Assembly: GCA_964016885.1 (NCBI GenBank) | Contig: OZ024740.1 | Span: forward strand, 227,292,001-227,356,000 | DNA length: 64,000 nucleotides | DNA from: Eledone cirrhosa | Lineage: Eukaryota | Direction: 5' to 3' | In this document: piece after piece, positions 40,443-55,508 of the stretch | Layout of the letters: every line of letters begins with the position of its first letter | Position numbering within the stretch: position 1 is the stretch's first letter | Program-made: the position numbers and the translations under genes | The notes under the pieces: generated by a model | Told to the model about the DNA's origin: nothing | The model's database searches: none | Seen by the model: the letters and a program-made list of their open reading frames with translations, nothing else

Positions 40443-41186
40443 AGTTGCATTTATCTTGCTTTATGTTCATACGAGTTATCACCAAGTCACAACCAGTGAC
40501 TTCAAGAGACAACAAGGTCCGCCATGTTCAAGAAAGAACATACATACACACACATGCATCTTTAGGTGTTTAGACTTGTGATGTACTTATATTGACAGAA
40601 TCTTCCTTAGTATATGGGCAGTTCCCATTAGTACTATCTTTTGTATTTCTCCTATACGCGGGTTTCCTGGGATTTGCGATAAGTAATCATTAGACCCCTT
40701 AGGTATCATTCCCAGAGCGCCTACAACCACTGGTATTGTTTTAGTTCTCAATTTCCACATTTTTCCAATTTCTATCTCCAGGTCCTTATACTTGCTCAAT
40801 TTTTCAAATGTTTTTATAGATACATTCTTGTCTATTGGAACAGATATATCAATTAGCAGGCATACCCTCCTTTGAAAGTCTTTCAATATTATATCAGGTC
40901 TGTTTGCATCTATTTTTCGGTCTGTTTGGATGCTAAAGTTCCACAAGATTGAGATGTGATCTTTTTCAAGTCTGGGAGGTGGTTGATGCTCCCACCAATT
41001 CTTTTGATGGGGCAGGTCAAAATGCTTACACATTATCCAATGTATGTATTGTGCAGCTCTATCATGCCTGTTTAGGTATTCGGTTGGAGCTATAGGACTG
41101 CACATTGAAATTATATGGTCAATGGTCTCTGGTTGTTTTTTGCATACACGGCATAATGGGCTGCACCCATTTTTTATTATGTTGGC
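40441..41186 (-). mobile_element. 5'-truncated restriction-like-endonuclease non-LTR retrotransposon (R4/Dong-like) in a TAA microsatellite
   Basis: Open frame 41186-40587: CRVC...ETIDHIISMC zinc knuckle, RHD, RPDIIL...LIDISVP, K...KYKDL, PVVVGALG. (TTA)n on both flanks. Confidence 0.9.
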
Positions 41187-41249
<63 letters not shown>

Positions 41250-41413
41250 TAAAATAAAGTACCAGTATTCACTGGGTAATTGCTGGCCTTGTGCCAAAAG
41301 TAGAAACAATTATTATTATAATACTCCAGATAAATATATACTGTTGAGTGCTTGACATCTGTATATAAAAAAATCAGCTGATTATAAATCAACTAACTCT
41401 TTTTCATTGAACA

Positions 41414-41508
<95 letters not shown>

Positions 41509-44500
41509 CATCGTTGGGCGTCCATTTTTCACGCTAACATAAGTTTCTCTTTAATTCTTTAATCTAGTATCTATTTTGTGTTGTTACTTTCTTTTTGTCT
41601 TCTAACATTTAATGTTATGTTAGTCTGTTGAAGAAAATTAGATTATTGTAATACCTATATTAGTCTATCCTCTCCAGAGAATAGCATTTAACATTTTGTT
41701 GATATAACTATACTGTATGAGTTTCAAAGGTTTCATCAACGATTTCTTCTCTGTCAAACTTGATTCCCTTTTAGGTGGTCCTAAATTGCCACAATTTCTA
41801 AATATTCACGTTCAATGTTTACATTGGGCAGCACGTACTCCTTGACCAGTTCATGCCACTTCAGATAGTTTTTCACTTTAGTAGCATTTCATGAAGCATC
41901 TTCTGAAGCAAAGGAGCATAAGTCTATTGCATTGACCTAAATGGCTTTTCACATTTACACAAAAGACTGTGCAGACGTGTCTGTTTATGTTTGTGTTTGT
42001 GTAAGTCACTTAGTGGAGATATAATGATAGAAATAAAAAGTGCCATCGTTAAAGGGACAATAAGAGAAATTCTATACACACTTTAACCTTTTCGTTAAAA
42101 TATTTATAACAAAATACATTGTCCGTATGTTTCAATTAAATTTTTAAATAATCAAGAATTTCGATTGATTTTGTAAGTTATTTTTTCCTTTATGAAGTTA
42201 ATTTAGAACATAACATAACAGAAGGTTCTCACTTAAAAGTTTGAGAGCAGGTTTATATTTAATTAAAATACTTGAAAATTGACAGTTTTGTATCATAGAA
42301 TCAGAAATGTGCATGTATGTGTGTGTTTGTGAGTGTGAGTGTGTGTATTTGTGTGTGTATGTACGTATTTGTGTGTATGTGTGTATTTATGTGTGTGACA
42401 GTGTGAGTGTGTATGAGTGTGGGTGTGTGTATGTGCGTATTTGTGTGTATGTGTGAGAGTGTGTGTGGAAGAGTAGTCCTAGATAGACTATTTCTGAAAA
42501 TAAAAACCTAAAAGACTACATGCTTGTGGTTTGTTTGATCAGTGGTGACTATGAGAGAACATTCAGACAATTTAACATTTCTCTTTTTATTATTATTATT
42601 ATATAAATCCTTGTATTTACTAATGGAAATATTTAAAAAAAGATGAAAACAAAAAGGGGGAAGGGGTAAAGAAAGGCAGATCTGGATGTGTAGGAAAGTA
42701 AAGGAAAGGATTATAATTGCCATAAATGAGAGGAAAAGGAAGGAAAAATAAGGACTATTAAGCAACAGCAGAAAGAAAGGGGGGGGGGGGAGGGTGAGAG
42801 ACTCTACACCTAGGTCGAAGCATTGTATTTCATTTTATAAAGCAATGTTTGAATTTATCTTATGATGTTCTTCTATGCAGCTTGTTTCTTCTGAACACAC
42901 ACTGTGTCAGTATAAATAAATACAATTAATATAAACTGATAGAAAAATCAGTTGACAGACTTAATCTTAACGTTTATAGATAGCTGTAGTATAAACTACT
43001 CTCACTCTATAGATGTTCTTATGGAAAAGCTAGAAAGGCTATTTCTGAATAAAAATAATAATAATAAACTGTACTAAAACATTTGTGAATCAATTAGTTT
43101 CACAGTTTATCTGCTTGATGTAAAATTATTTCAATAACAAAATGTGTGCTATTCATAATTGCAAAATACAAACTTTGTTTCCATATTTATGTTTTCTTTA
43201 CCCCCATCTCTTTCCCTCTCAGTGTCTTTATTCCAGATTGTGTTATAGAATCATTGCTATTTATTTATTTAGTTAGTTTATTTATTTATTATGAACAGCA
43301 AGAAAAAAAACATGATTAAAACAGATAAAAAAAACATAAAAGGCACAATTCTTGAAGGAGAAATAATAACTAATCAAACATTAACCTTAAAGAAATGTTC
43401 CTTTATGCTTGCAAGCAGAGTGTTGTCCAATGAATAGAAACATTTTCTTTTTTCTTTACTGCCTTTGGTTAGCAGCAATAATAACAAAAAAAAACAGAAA
43501 ATAGACTAATGTAGTAGACTTTTTTATTTTTTGCTTTTTTTCTTCCTCCTGGTTGATGTCAAGGGAATCTATTAACATTGAAAATTAACCTGCTGATCTC
43601 GTTTGTTGTGTTTATGACAGACCACATGTAGAACAGTGCATCCTCGGGGACAAGTGGATTAATTGGCCCAGTAAACAGGGCTCTGTGCATTTGATACAGA
43701 TATTTATAAGGAAGCTGAATAGTTTGATAAGTTTAAAGAAAATAAAAAAGTAGAGTAACAAATATGATAAAAAAACACAAACAAACAAAAAGAAACGTTT
43801 AAAGAAAATACAAGAAACAGAAACCAAAGTAAGCAAAATTTGTTGTTATTATTTTATGTCGGTAGTACTGAAGGCATATTTCGTTTTAAAAGTGCATTAG
43901 AGTCTATTCTGAAATCAGACAATTTGCCTCCTTTCTTATTTGCTTAGATGTTGTTACAGAAATCTCATCTCATCTGTGCCAGTCGACAACAATCAGATAA
44001 ATTTCAGTATCAGGACATCAAAATATTCCACCGAAACTCAGCCTAGCCATTTCTTTATTCGTTCTTCTTTTATATCTAATCCCCTCTGATCATTGTCATC
44101 ATCATCATCATCATCATCATTATCATTATTATCATCATCATTATCATTATTATCATCATCATTATTATCAATGCTTTCATCTATGTTTCCCTTGCTGGCA
44201 TAACATATTGCTGAACTGCTTCTTTCTTCTTTTTCCATTGTCTTCTTTCAGTACTTTTACTGGGCTTGTCTTTGTTGTCTGTAACCCAATGGATATATGA
44301 ATTTGTGATATTGTTGTATCTCAGATATTGATTATGATTTATCAGGTGTCTTGCTGTAGGTCGAAACTTATGAGTGCTTCAAATACATTCTAGTGCAAGT
44401 GATGTGAATATCTGCAGTAATTACTTAAGAGCATGATATTCTAATGAACTCTTTTCATTATTTTTACTGCATGTCATCTGTCACGTTTTCTTACATTTAG

Positions 44501-45999
44501 CTAGCTTATAATAATATCATTTAGTACAAATAGCTTACATAAGTTTTATTTCACTAAGACGTTGATGGCAAGCTGATGTCCATTTCAGTTTTATATTAAA
44601 GAAACTAGAAAAATATGCCTTTGAATTAATACTTACTAAAAGAAAGATCTATAATGAAGAACATGGAAGCCATTATTTGAAGATATTCAAAGGAAGTTAA
44701 TGAACTCTTTGCAGCTAGCCAATGCAATGTTGTTTTAGTAGAAGATAGAAGCAAGAATATCGTTACTTACTGATATGAAATAACTGACATGCATTATGAT
44801 AAATTTAGAAGGCAGTAAAATAGACTATATTTGCTTTAGGAAAATTGTTCTGTACTTAACAATTAGAGAAGAGGAGAAATTTTGATTGAATTAACTTGTT
44901 AGTGTTCAGCAAAGCTAGATACAGCATGGTCAAATGGATATGAAGTTTGTATCACAACTGTAAGGTTTCAGGTTCAATTCCACGGGATAATATCTTAGTC
45001 AGGTGTATTTTATCATAACTTTGGATTAACTTGTGAAGTGAATACAGCTGGGATGGAGCAAACTGTTTGGAAGCTTTTCATATGACTCTTACATGTGATT
45101 CAAAGTTCCATCTGTATCACACATTGTGCCATGTTGATTCAACTTTTAAGTTACATGAAAGGTACACCATTATGTAGTCAGAATTTAGGTACTCCTTTTT
45201 GTAGATGGTGTTCAGTACAAATTTCTTTAGTCAATGTTAAATTACATTACATGTACACCTGTCTGTAGATGGTGTTTAAATTACAGTACATGTACACATT
45301 CCTATAAAGGTGTTTAAATTACAATACAGGTACACCTTTCTGGAGACACTCAGTCACATATTAATTCATTTTGTGGATACAGTATAGCTGAATGGTTAAA
45401 AGGTTCACCTTATAATCATAAGGTCTCAGGTCTGATCTGACCATTTAACATCTTGAGCAAGTATCATATGATGTAGCCTTTGGCTCACACAAGCTTTGTG
45501 AGTGAAATTGGGTAGACAAAACTGTTTAGAAGCCATTCAAATGGATTGTACCAGTAATTCAAAAGGCCAGCCCTGTCACACATTGTCATGCTGAATCTCT
45601 CTCTGGATTACATTAAGACTACACATGTCTTTGGAATACTCAGCCACCAACATGTTAATAAGTTGGCTGATCCATTGATCTAACAACTGGAACACTTATT
45701 GTTGAAACCAATTGAGGGTCATTGAGGACCAGCAAAGTGCAAAGAAAGAACACAACTGAAGCTGTATTTTTCTAATGAATCACACATCAGTAATAAATTC
45801 TCACAGAAGTATTCTATTCTGATTAGGTTTTATGGTTTAACTGACGATTTTTACTTCATGTGGTGAATATGTAGCAAATACACTCACAAAGTCTTTCACA
45901 GATGCATTCCAGACTTCATGGCTTAAGAACATGCTATCTCCTCTTTCTGCCTTTTCTGCTGCAACTACAATTGCCTTTTCTCCTCTAAGTTGGCTCTGT

Positions 46000-46365
46000 T
46001 CAGACACTTCTGACTGATACAGCTTTCTTTCTCTCATCACTCATGTCATGTTTAACCTAATCCCCCAGCACTGCAGTAATCACAATTGCCAGTCCTTCAA
46101 GTCTTCAATATCAGCTCTCTACAACTCTTTCTGCATTCAGACACTTCTGATACAGCTTTATTTCTCTCATCACCCATCTTATGTCTAACCTCAGCACTGC
46201 AATAACCACAAGTACCAGTCCTTTGAGCCTTCAATGTCAGCTATCTACAACTCATTCAGACACTTCTAACTCATATAGATTTTCTTTTCTCATCACTCAT
46301 GTTGTGTCTAACCTAATTCCCTAGCTCTGCAGTAACCACAAGTGCCTGTCCTTTCAACCTTCATG
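46000..46365. repeat. Diverged tandem repeat, 3 copies of about 120-137 bp
   Basis: TTCAGACACTTCT...CTCATCAC...CTGCA(G/A)TAA recurs at about 46000, 46137 and 46256. Confidence 0.8.
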
Positions 46366-48201
46366 TCTTTTGACTTGCAACAGTTTAATTGGAAAATGAA
46401 CAACATCAATCACTCTGGTCTTGGAGAGATTGTGAAAAGCATGGGTACAGTCCCTTCCTCCAGATATCTCACTATCACTGATCTTGTAACTTCTGATGAA
46501 TATTTAGGGGTGCCTTAAACTTGGCTAGGTCCATCTCTCTCCAGACTTGACCATAGCCGATTTCTGCCAGAAAGTGAGACAGACAGATAGCCAGCAAGTG
46601 AGGAAGGAAAAGAATCAATCCCTGTACAGGACCAGTACTTTATGTATCAACATAGAAAAGATGAAAGATAAAACTAGTCCCAGTAGGATTTGAACTCGGA
46701 GAATCAGAATAAATACTAGAATGCTTTCCATCTGAAGCCTTAATGATTCTGACAATTTACCACCCTCCTCTAGACTTATCAAATAAAAAAACAAAAATAA
46801 GAATAAATTTGAAACAGTTTTTCACCATTTTCTGCAAGTCCCCATGGAAGGATTTGCAATCCTTCAACAGCTGCTCACAGCAGAAAATTATCCACCTCGT
46901 TGTGCCTATCTGTAGATAGCTGGATAGAACCATCGAGAGTGAAATGGCAGAGAACATCTCACTGCCAATATAGTAATAAAGAAAACATATGCTAAAATAT
47001 TTTTCATTCAGTTTTTATATCCTTTTTCTGTCTTCCATTATGATTCCCGACAGTCAATCTAAGTGGTATTTATTCAATATATATCTTTGTATGTGTGTGT
47101 GTGTGTGTGTGTGTCATATAAATATATATATATTATCATCATTTAACACCCATTTTTCTTTATGCATACATGCATACATATATGCATACACACATACATG
47201 TATACATGCATCATACGTTCATATGTACATGCATCCCTACCTACATGCACACATATATACACACACACACATACATACACATACATACACATTCATACAT
47301 AAATACATACATACATACACATATATACATACATACACACATACATTCATACATACATACATATGTGTGTTTAGACGTTATACTTAGATTGGTGTGGTGG
47401 AAATCTTGAAAAGGTAAACATGATTACAATCTATCTAAAGAAAAAAATCTCCCCTGTATAATAGTAATTACATCCCATCTTAGAGGAATGGAATTTTGGT
47501 CATGATAATTCTCTTTTTCTAGCCATCCATCATGTTGCCAATATTAACTTCAAACCTATAAAATTTTGCTTCCACTTTTATTGCCAAAACTAGAGATATA
47601 GATTATCCATTCCATAAGCAATGCAGTGAAACATATCTCATAAAGATATTGATTGAAGCTCTTATATACCTAGCAATAAGAAAGAGTTCTTCACCTCTTT
47701 ACAATCTCGTCTTTAAATCAGAGCAATACACCTTCAGTGTAATGAGGTTTTTTTTCTTTTTTCTTTTCTTCTTCTCCTTGCTTTCTTCCTTATTTTCTTC
47801 TTACATTCTTTCTTTCATTTTTATCATTTTTATCTTTTTTTTTCTTGGTGGCCATTGAAGGAAGCCTTCTGTAGTAATGTAATAACACTAACCAAGCAAA
47901 TCAGATAGCTTCGTAACTTAAACAAGCACGACAAATAAACAACCTCTGATAAACTCTCCATGTAGGCGCAGAACTAAATAATCTGCCAGAGTCAGGATAA
48001 AGAGCCATGTTTAATCTGTGAACCATAATGCTCACACTGGAATAATTAGAAATAAATAGACTTGAACAGAATATGTCAAGCTTTGAGAAAATCAAATTCT
48101 TGCTTGACCGCTCATTGAAAGGTGAAAAAACACCAACTGCAAAATTTTGTCAACCCTCCCCCTTTCTACACTCACCTCCACTACAGACGATCATGTTTTT
48201 C

Positions 48202-48245
<44 letters not shown>

Positions 48246-49727
48246 CTATCTCTTTATCTCTCTATCTCTTTAGCATCACTTTTTCCCTCTCCTTTTACTT
48301 GTTCTGTTGTATTCTATGTTTGACTTGCCTTTTAGTTCTGCTTATATAACCAATATTTTTTTTCCTTCGTCCTCTTTCTCAGCTTTCTTCTTCCACTTTT
48401 ACATAACTCCTTTATTGATCAACTGCATATTGACACTGTAAGACGACGCCATACAAATTGCATTTACTCTTCCTTCACTAAACTCAAATAAAGGAACCAA
48501 AGTAATATATATATATAATATGTGTGTGTGTGCGTGTGTGTGTGTATGTGTGTGTGTACATTATTCTGTGTGAGTGTGTGTAGATTATTCTGTTTAGTTA
48601 CATTCTAATTAATAATGTTTAGAAAATGTTCGCCAGTCAATGACTAAGCAATGCAGAGGTTTCCAGTTCAAATCCATGTAAAGACTATAAATCTTAGAAT
48701 ACAGATTTATGAAGTTGGAAGACAGACAACTAATATTTACTGATTTCTCTCTTCTTTTGCTATTATTCTTGCCTGGTTTTCTTCTCTTCTGCCAGTTCCC
48801 AAAATCCTTGTCACTTTTTTCATCTCTTCTACTTCTACTACCCCTTTTTGATCACACACACCCTCCCCCTCCCCTCCTCCTCCTCCTCCCCATCCTCCTC
48901 CTCCTCCTTTCCTTCTAATCTTCTTTCCTATTACCACCACCACCACCAGCAGCATCTTCTATATTGTAGTTGTCTGTTTATTTCATACCTCATTTATCAA
49001 CAGAACATCCATGACAGCAATAACAACTATCCTGGTTATTTCATTATAATCATGCAATGGGGATTAGTCTCAGAATGTTGACCATCATATTTTGTTGCTT
49101 GTTTTCTTTTTTTATCTTCTGCCCATTTCTTCAAGAAAAAAGGAAAGTAAACTAACAGTGATAGAATATGATTGCTCCATTCAAGGAGGTACATTTTGCA
49201 TGATAGGAATATGATGAGAACACAGACAGTGACATCCTTCCCTTTCAGTGAAGAGACAGATAGGTCATTGAAGATCCATCAATATAATATTCAAGCTGCA
49301 GTTTAGTTAGAGTTCTTCAAGGGATTTGGAGAGTGAAACTCCCTACAGCAGTTACTACCATACATTTTCAGTCCACTTCTCTCCCTTGGTTCTAAATCTC
49401 ATCCTCTGTATTCCCAACTCTTTAGCAATGCCCAAATGATTGTTGAATGAAGGAGAGGATACAACATTTAGAAGATGAAATTTAAGCTGAGAAGAAAAAA
49501 TAAATATTACGCCTTCTAACTTAGGAATGCTTTCACTTATGCCTCTTTAAACTATCTCAATGGCGTCTGAGATAGTAGTATCAACTTTAAAAACTACTTT
49601 TTTAGATGTTTTTATTTTTTAGGCAATGATAAATTCGATTAGTTGTTCTATTACATGTCGTAAGAATACAGGAAGCATAAGATTTTGAGTACAAATTTCT
49701 AATTTCTAACCACTAGTGAACTGAGAT

Positions 49728-50093
49728 ATCATCATCATCATCATCACCGTTTTACGTCCGTTCTTCCACGCTAGCATGGAGTAGACGGGTTTTCCCATTG
49801 TGGGCAGTAGCCGGTCGGCTGACCATGTCTTGCTCATATGGGAACTGATTCTGGCTTCATTGCTATAGCTGGATGCCCTTCTTAACACCAACCTCATTTA
49901 CAGTAAGTGCTGGGTGCTTTTTTTCCGTGGCGCCTACACGTCCACTTTTACAATGTGGGCTGGGTGCTTTTTTCCGTGGCACCTCTACGACCACTTTGCA
50001 GTGGAACGATAGGGACCCCAGTCCTATCATCTCATTTCTACAGCTGAGTAAACTGGAGCAATGTGAAATAAAGTATCTTGCTCAAGGAAACAA
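49728..50093 (-). mobile_element. SINE family B lacking most of the head, alternative tail
   Basis: Body matches 25591-25928; tail reads CGTCCGTTCTTCCACGCTAGCATGG on +. Confidence 0.85.
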
Positions 50094-50265
50094 TATATAG
50101 AGAGTAATGTCTCTTAACTAAACACTATGCATACAACAGATTCTGATTGGCACTATATGACTGGGAGCCCAATATCAGAGTCATAAATTCATTAATTGCT
50201 ACAGCAATCAAACTGATTGGTTCATAACTTTTTCCTTACTGAACACCTTTTTTCATTTTTCATTT

Positions 50266-50566
50266 CATTTTACGTCCGCTTTTTCTCTGCTTGCAAGGGT
50301 GGGACGGGAACTGATTCTGGCTTGATTTCTACAGCTGGATGCCCTTCCTAACACCAACTTCATTTACAGTGAGTGCTGAGTGCTTTTTTGCAGTGGAATG
50401 ATAGGGACCCCAGTCCCTATCATCTCATTTCTACAGCTGAGGAAACTGGAGCAATGTGAAATAAAGTGTCTTGCTCAAGGAAACAACACATCACCCGGTC
50501 TGAGAATTGAACTCACAACCTTTCGATTGCAAGGCCAATGCTCTAACCACTAAGCCATGTGCCTCC
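50266..50566 (-). mobile_element. SINE family B, full length
   Basis: Near-identical to 60588-60913. Confidence 0.9.
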
Positions 50567-50809
50567 ATTGCCTTATTTATTTTAATTAATATTCCAAAGG
50601 ATACATATGGTTTTGAAAGGTCAACCTAACCAACAAGCTTACAAACTCCTAGTATTGTTTACAGACTCGGCAGGAATCAGTGAAACACAGGCTAGGAACT
50701 GTAATGTGAGATTAAAGTTTAAACTATAAGCTATGGAAATATTCATAAAATATCCCGCCAGTTGAACAGTCTATCTATTGAACCATCATTTCAAACATGT
50801 TCTCAGTTT

Positions 50810-50852
<43 letters not shown>

Positions 50853-51118
50853 AGCAAATCAGCTGCCAACTTAGGAAATATTCGGAAAATTTGAAATTTA
50901 AAATGTGTGAGTCCCAACGCAAATGATCATAATAATAGATAATGACTATAAATAATAGTTGAGAAAATTGGGTGAAGTACCTCTGGAGACAAGAATTGGA
51001 CAGATGCACCTCTGGTCATTTTTTTTTCTGTCTCCAGGGATAGTTTACCTGATTTTCAAAAGCTATTATCATGGTCATTTGTGCCAGGGTGATGCAGTAT
51101 ACACACACACACACATAC

Positions 51119-51156
<38 letters not shown>

Positions 51157-51248
51157 CTTAACTATAATAAAGAAAGGAGTGCGGGACTGTGTCCAGAATA
51201 TATTTTTTTATCTCCTTTGTAAAATAAGTTGCATTACTTTGAATAAAT

Positions 51249-51359
51249 AATTGTTTCTACTTTAGGCACAAGGCCAGCAATTACCCAGTGCATTACTGGT
51301 ACTTTATTTTATCGACCCCGTAAGGATGAAAGGCAAAGTCAACCTCGGCGGGATTTGAA
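51249..51359 (-). mobile_element. SINE family A, 3' fragment
   Basis: Matches the 3' half of 21612-21790. Confidence 0.85.
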
Positions 51360-52001
51360 TAAATAATGAATGAATATTACATAATTTATCTACTAAATTT
51401 CTTAACTCTTGATTAAATATATTTTATTGCTTATTTAAAGATTCACTTTTTAAAATGTTTAAATGTCAACACTTCCGGTTATTGATCGCTTATAAAAACA
51501 TTCATATATTTCCGTCACTAATTCTTTTCCTAATGCAGTTTATATATAATATTGTCTTTTTTTAATGTATCATGGATTACTTTACTGATTACATAAGACA
51601 GTGTAATACAGTCTTCATTCAATTTCTGTGTATATTGTCAATTACGATTTCATTTGATGTATCATATCTACCTGTATATATACTTGCGTATAATATCAAT
51701 ATACACACTACACATACTAGCAGAAAACCACCTGAAGGGTCGTTTTCTGCTAGTATATATAATACGACCAGAACGTTTTCTCTGAGAATTCCCCATACTC
51801 CAAGGGAGGGAGTTTTAAGTCCCAAAATATTTGGAAAATAAGAAAAGGGATTATAATAAATAAAAAGTAACACAAACCTTTTTATTACCTTCATTTTACC
51901 GTCCATTTCACATTGTTTTAGCCTTCTTAAACATCATTTTCTACATTATATACTATTATATACTATACACAATGCTTCAGGAAAACTACAACTTTCTATT
52001 A

Positions 52002-52036
<35 letters not shown>

Positions 52037-52737
52037 TATACATATATATTATACATATATATATGTTTTGTTATGTATCATATAATATACATATTAGCAC
52101 ATACCCATATATAAGCACATTTATATTCACACACATGCACATCATAAAATCATATCTGACTAAATTTCCTTTCCTTCTTTTTGTCTCAATATGTGATCTG
52201 TATTAGTAATATTTAATGTAGTTATAAACCCCCAATGGCTGTGCAGTAATTCACATTTACATTATGAGTGACTGGATATTCTTTTGTCAAGATTTCCAAT
52301 CAAGTCCACAGTATATTGTAACCTTTAAACTCATATGTTATTCAAATGTGAAAGCAAGTAAATTTCTCACAACATACTCAAGTCAGTGAAATAAAATTCA
52401 ATTACAATGGTCAATGTGACTTGTCTGTATTTCTTCTATTATTGTCTTGACCCTAATTGTGATTTCTTATTCATATATTCCACCATCACATGAGCTTTAT
52501 TCATCTTCTAGTTGTTTTATTGCATAATTCAACAATTTGTTATTGGATAAGATCCATTTATAAACTTGTTTAATTTCTATGCAACCAGGACTGGAAATCT
52601 CCTGGTGCATAAACTAACAATTGATTCAGCTATTTATAATACAAATTGTCAGAGCCAACATACAATTCTTCTCTTTATGATGTAGTGTGAACCAGAAAAT
52701 TAAAAGAGTTTAGGACCTCATGCCTTATGCTTGTAAT

Positions 52738-53120
52738 CATCATCATCATCATCACAGTTTTCACATGCCAGGTTGGATGACTGTGTTCTGCTCATACAGA
52801 ACTCATTTTGGCTTGGCTTCTATGATTGGATGCCCTTCCTAATGCCAACCATATTTACAGTGTGTCCTGGGTGCTTTTTGTTGTGAGACCTACATGACCA
52901 CTTTATAGTGTGGAATGGGCACTTTTTATTGTGACACCTATACGGCCACTTTACAGTGTGGACTGGTCACTTTTATTGTGATACCTACATGACCACCTTA
53001 CAGTATGGACAGGGTGCTTTTTGTCATGGTACCTACATAACCACTTTACAGTGTGGATTGAATGCTTTTGGTTGTGTCACCTACATGACCATTTCACCGT
53101 GTGGACTGGGTGCTTTTCAA
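52738..53120 (-). mobile_element. SINE family B 3' part with about 5.5 internal 48-bp units
   Basis: TTACAGTGTG...ACCTACATGACCACT repeats from 52855. Confidence 0.8.
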
Positions 53121-54142
53121 CATGTCCCTTTAGAAAGCAGAAACTTATGATTAAATATTCAACATAATATCAAGCTTAAAATGGGTGTGGCTTTAACATA
53201 ATGAACATTTACATATTTTCAAACATTACAGCTACTCTGAAAGCAGGCCTTTCAGGAAAGCTTTCTCAAATCACTGTATTTCCTGGTGTCAAAGACACTA
53301 TTTCTTCATAAAACAAATGTCGGAAATCTAACATGTGTCTTGGAGACTGAAGGTTGCATTTCTCATAGGCATATCCTAACCTCAGAGAAAAATTATCTAT
53401 GGTAAACAGTAATCCGAACTCCCGTGTATGACCTCTCATGAAGTAAATAAATTGTATTTAGTTAAAGTAGTAAATAAACAAAATGTCATTAAAACATTTT
53501 AGATATAAAAAATTTGAAAATATATATGTAATCACAAAAATGTTTTCCCTTATGAGCAGAATATGTTAGATGAGGCAACTGATGAGTGATATTTTTACAT
53601 GTTGTGTATCATTATTGCCAGTATTTTCACTCTCTTCAAACAACCCAATTTTAAGGGAACATTATTAAGTGACAAAAGAAGTAAAACTACAGTATGTTAA
53701 AAGGGTTTACCAGCAAATATTAATCACAAGACTTATTTTCATATTTATTATTTTTTTCAAATTTTTTGTCAAAATTGGGGTGCATCTTCAAGGGTGAAAC
53801 GTTTTCGAGGATGGGAAATACAATAATCGATTTTAGTTATAGTGTCAATACTATAACTACATGGTGGCTAATAAAGATAATATTCTGTACTACTAAGTCA
53901 TAATTGTCAGACTCTGTAGTAATGTTTAGACTCTGCAGTAATGGCTAGACTCTGTAGCAATGGTCAGACTGTTTTTTTTTTGGGGGGGGGGGGGGGCAAG
54001 AGAACCAAAACAAGTCTGGAGTTGTCATGGGGTCTTTTTTTTTGCTTGCTTTTGTCTTTTGTACTGTTTAGTCAGGAAGGGGAAGGCAGTGCCCATGACA
54101 CTTTTCAGAACCTCTGAGACTGGTGGAAAAGAAAGTACTAAT

Positions 54143-54973
54143 GCCATGATAAAATGCACACAATATACCCTCTAAAGTGTTAATGTTGATGCCTTGATAA
54201 AATGCAACCAATACACTCTGTAAAGTGGTAGTGCTGGTGCTACTGTAAAAGCATCCAGTACACTGTGTAGTGCCGGTGCCATGATAAATCTACACAGTAC
54301 ACTCTATAAAGTGGTAGTGTTGGTGCCACAACAAAATACACCTAGTACACTCTATAATGTGGTAGTGTTGGTGCCACAACAAAATACACCTAGTACACTC
54401 TATAATGTGGTAGTGTTGGTGTCACAATAAAATACACCTCGTACACTCTATAAAGTGGTAGTGTTGGTGTCAATAAAATACACCTTGTACACTGTATAAA
54501 GTGGTAGTGTTGGTGTCACAATAAAATACACCTAGTACACTGTATAAAGTGGTAGTGTTGGTGTCACAATAAAATGCACCTAGTACACTCTATAAAGTGG
54601 TAGTGTTGGTGTCACAACAAAATACACCTCATACACTCTATAAAGTGGTAGTGTTGGTGTCAATAAAATACACCTTGTACAATGTATAAAGTGGTAGTGT
54701 TGGTGTCCCAATAAAATACACCTAGTACACTGTATAAAGTGGTAGTGTTGGTGTCACAACAAAATACACCTCATACACTCTATAAAGTGGTAGTGTTGGT
54801 GTCACAACAAAATACACCTCATACACTCTATAAAGTGGTAGCGTTGGTGTCAATAAAATACACCTTGTACACTGTATAAAGTGGTAGTGTTGGTGTCACA
54901 ATAAAATGTACACTGTATAAAGTGGTAGTGTTGGTGTCACAATAAAATGCACCTAGTACACTGTATAAAGTGG
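54143..54973 (+). repeat. 46-48-bp minisatellite (about 17-18 units) running into a SINE-type 3' end
   Basis: Unit GTAGTGTTGGTGTCACAATAAAATACACCTAGTACACTCTATAAAGTG, followed by GGGCATCCAACC...(GAT)n to about 55140. Confidence 0.93.
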
Positions 54974-55508
54974 CTGACATTAAGATGGGCATCCAACCAG
55001 AGAAACCATACCCAAAATGGGAAGTATGGATAAACTGTAGTTCTCTAATTCATCTAGTCTCAAACCATGACAACCCATCCAGCCTATACCAACATGTAAA
55101 ATGGATGTAAGATAATGATGATGATGATGATGATGATGAAGAAGAAGAGGAAGAAGAGCTTCTAAACATAATAAATTAAGCTTTTCAGCACTTCCTGAAT
55201 GAATTTTGTCTATCGTGGGAAAAATTAAGAATAACCAATGTGCAGCATTGCAATCAAATAACAACGATTGACAGGAGAAAAAAACCTATAATCCTAAACA
55301 ATTAGATATGTTTAGTATACATTATCAGTTGAAATACTTTCTCCTAAAACTGATATAATTGTCACATAAGAATGAATGATGTATATTGATGTAATATTAA
55401 ATCTATAAAGACTATCTTATCTTATCTACACTCATTTAAGCCACATTGACTGTTTAAGAGAATATATATGTATGTTGATGTGTATGTGTGTGTATGTATA
55501 TATATATA

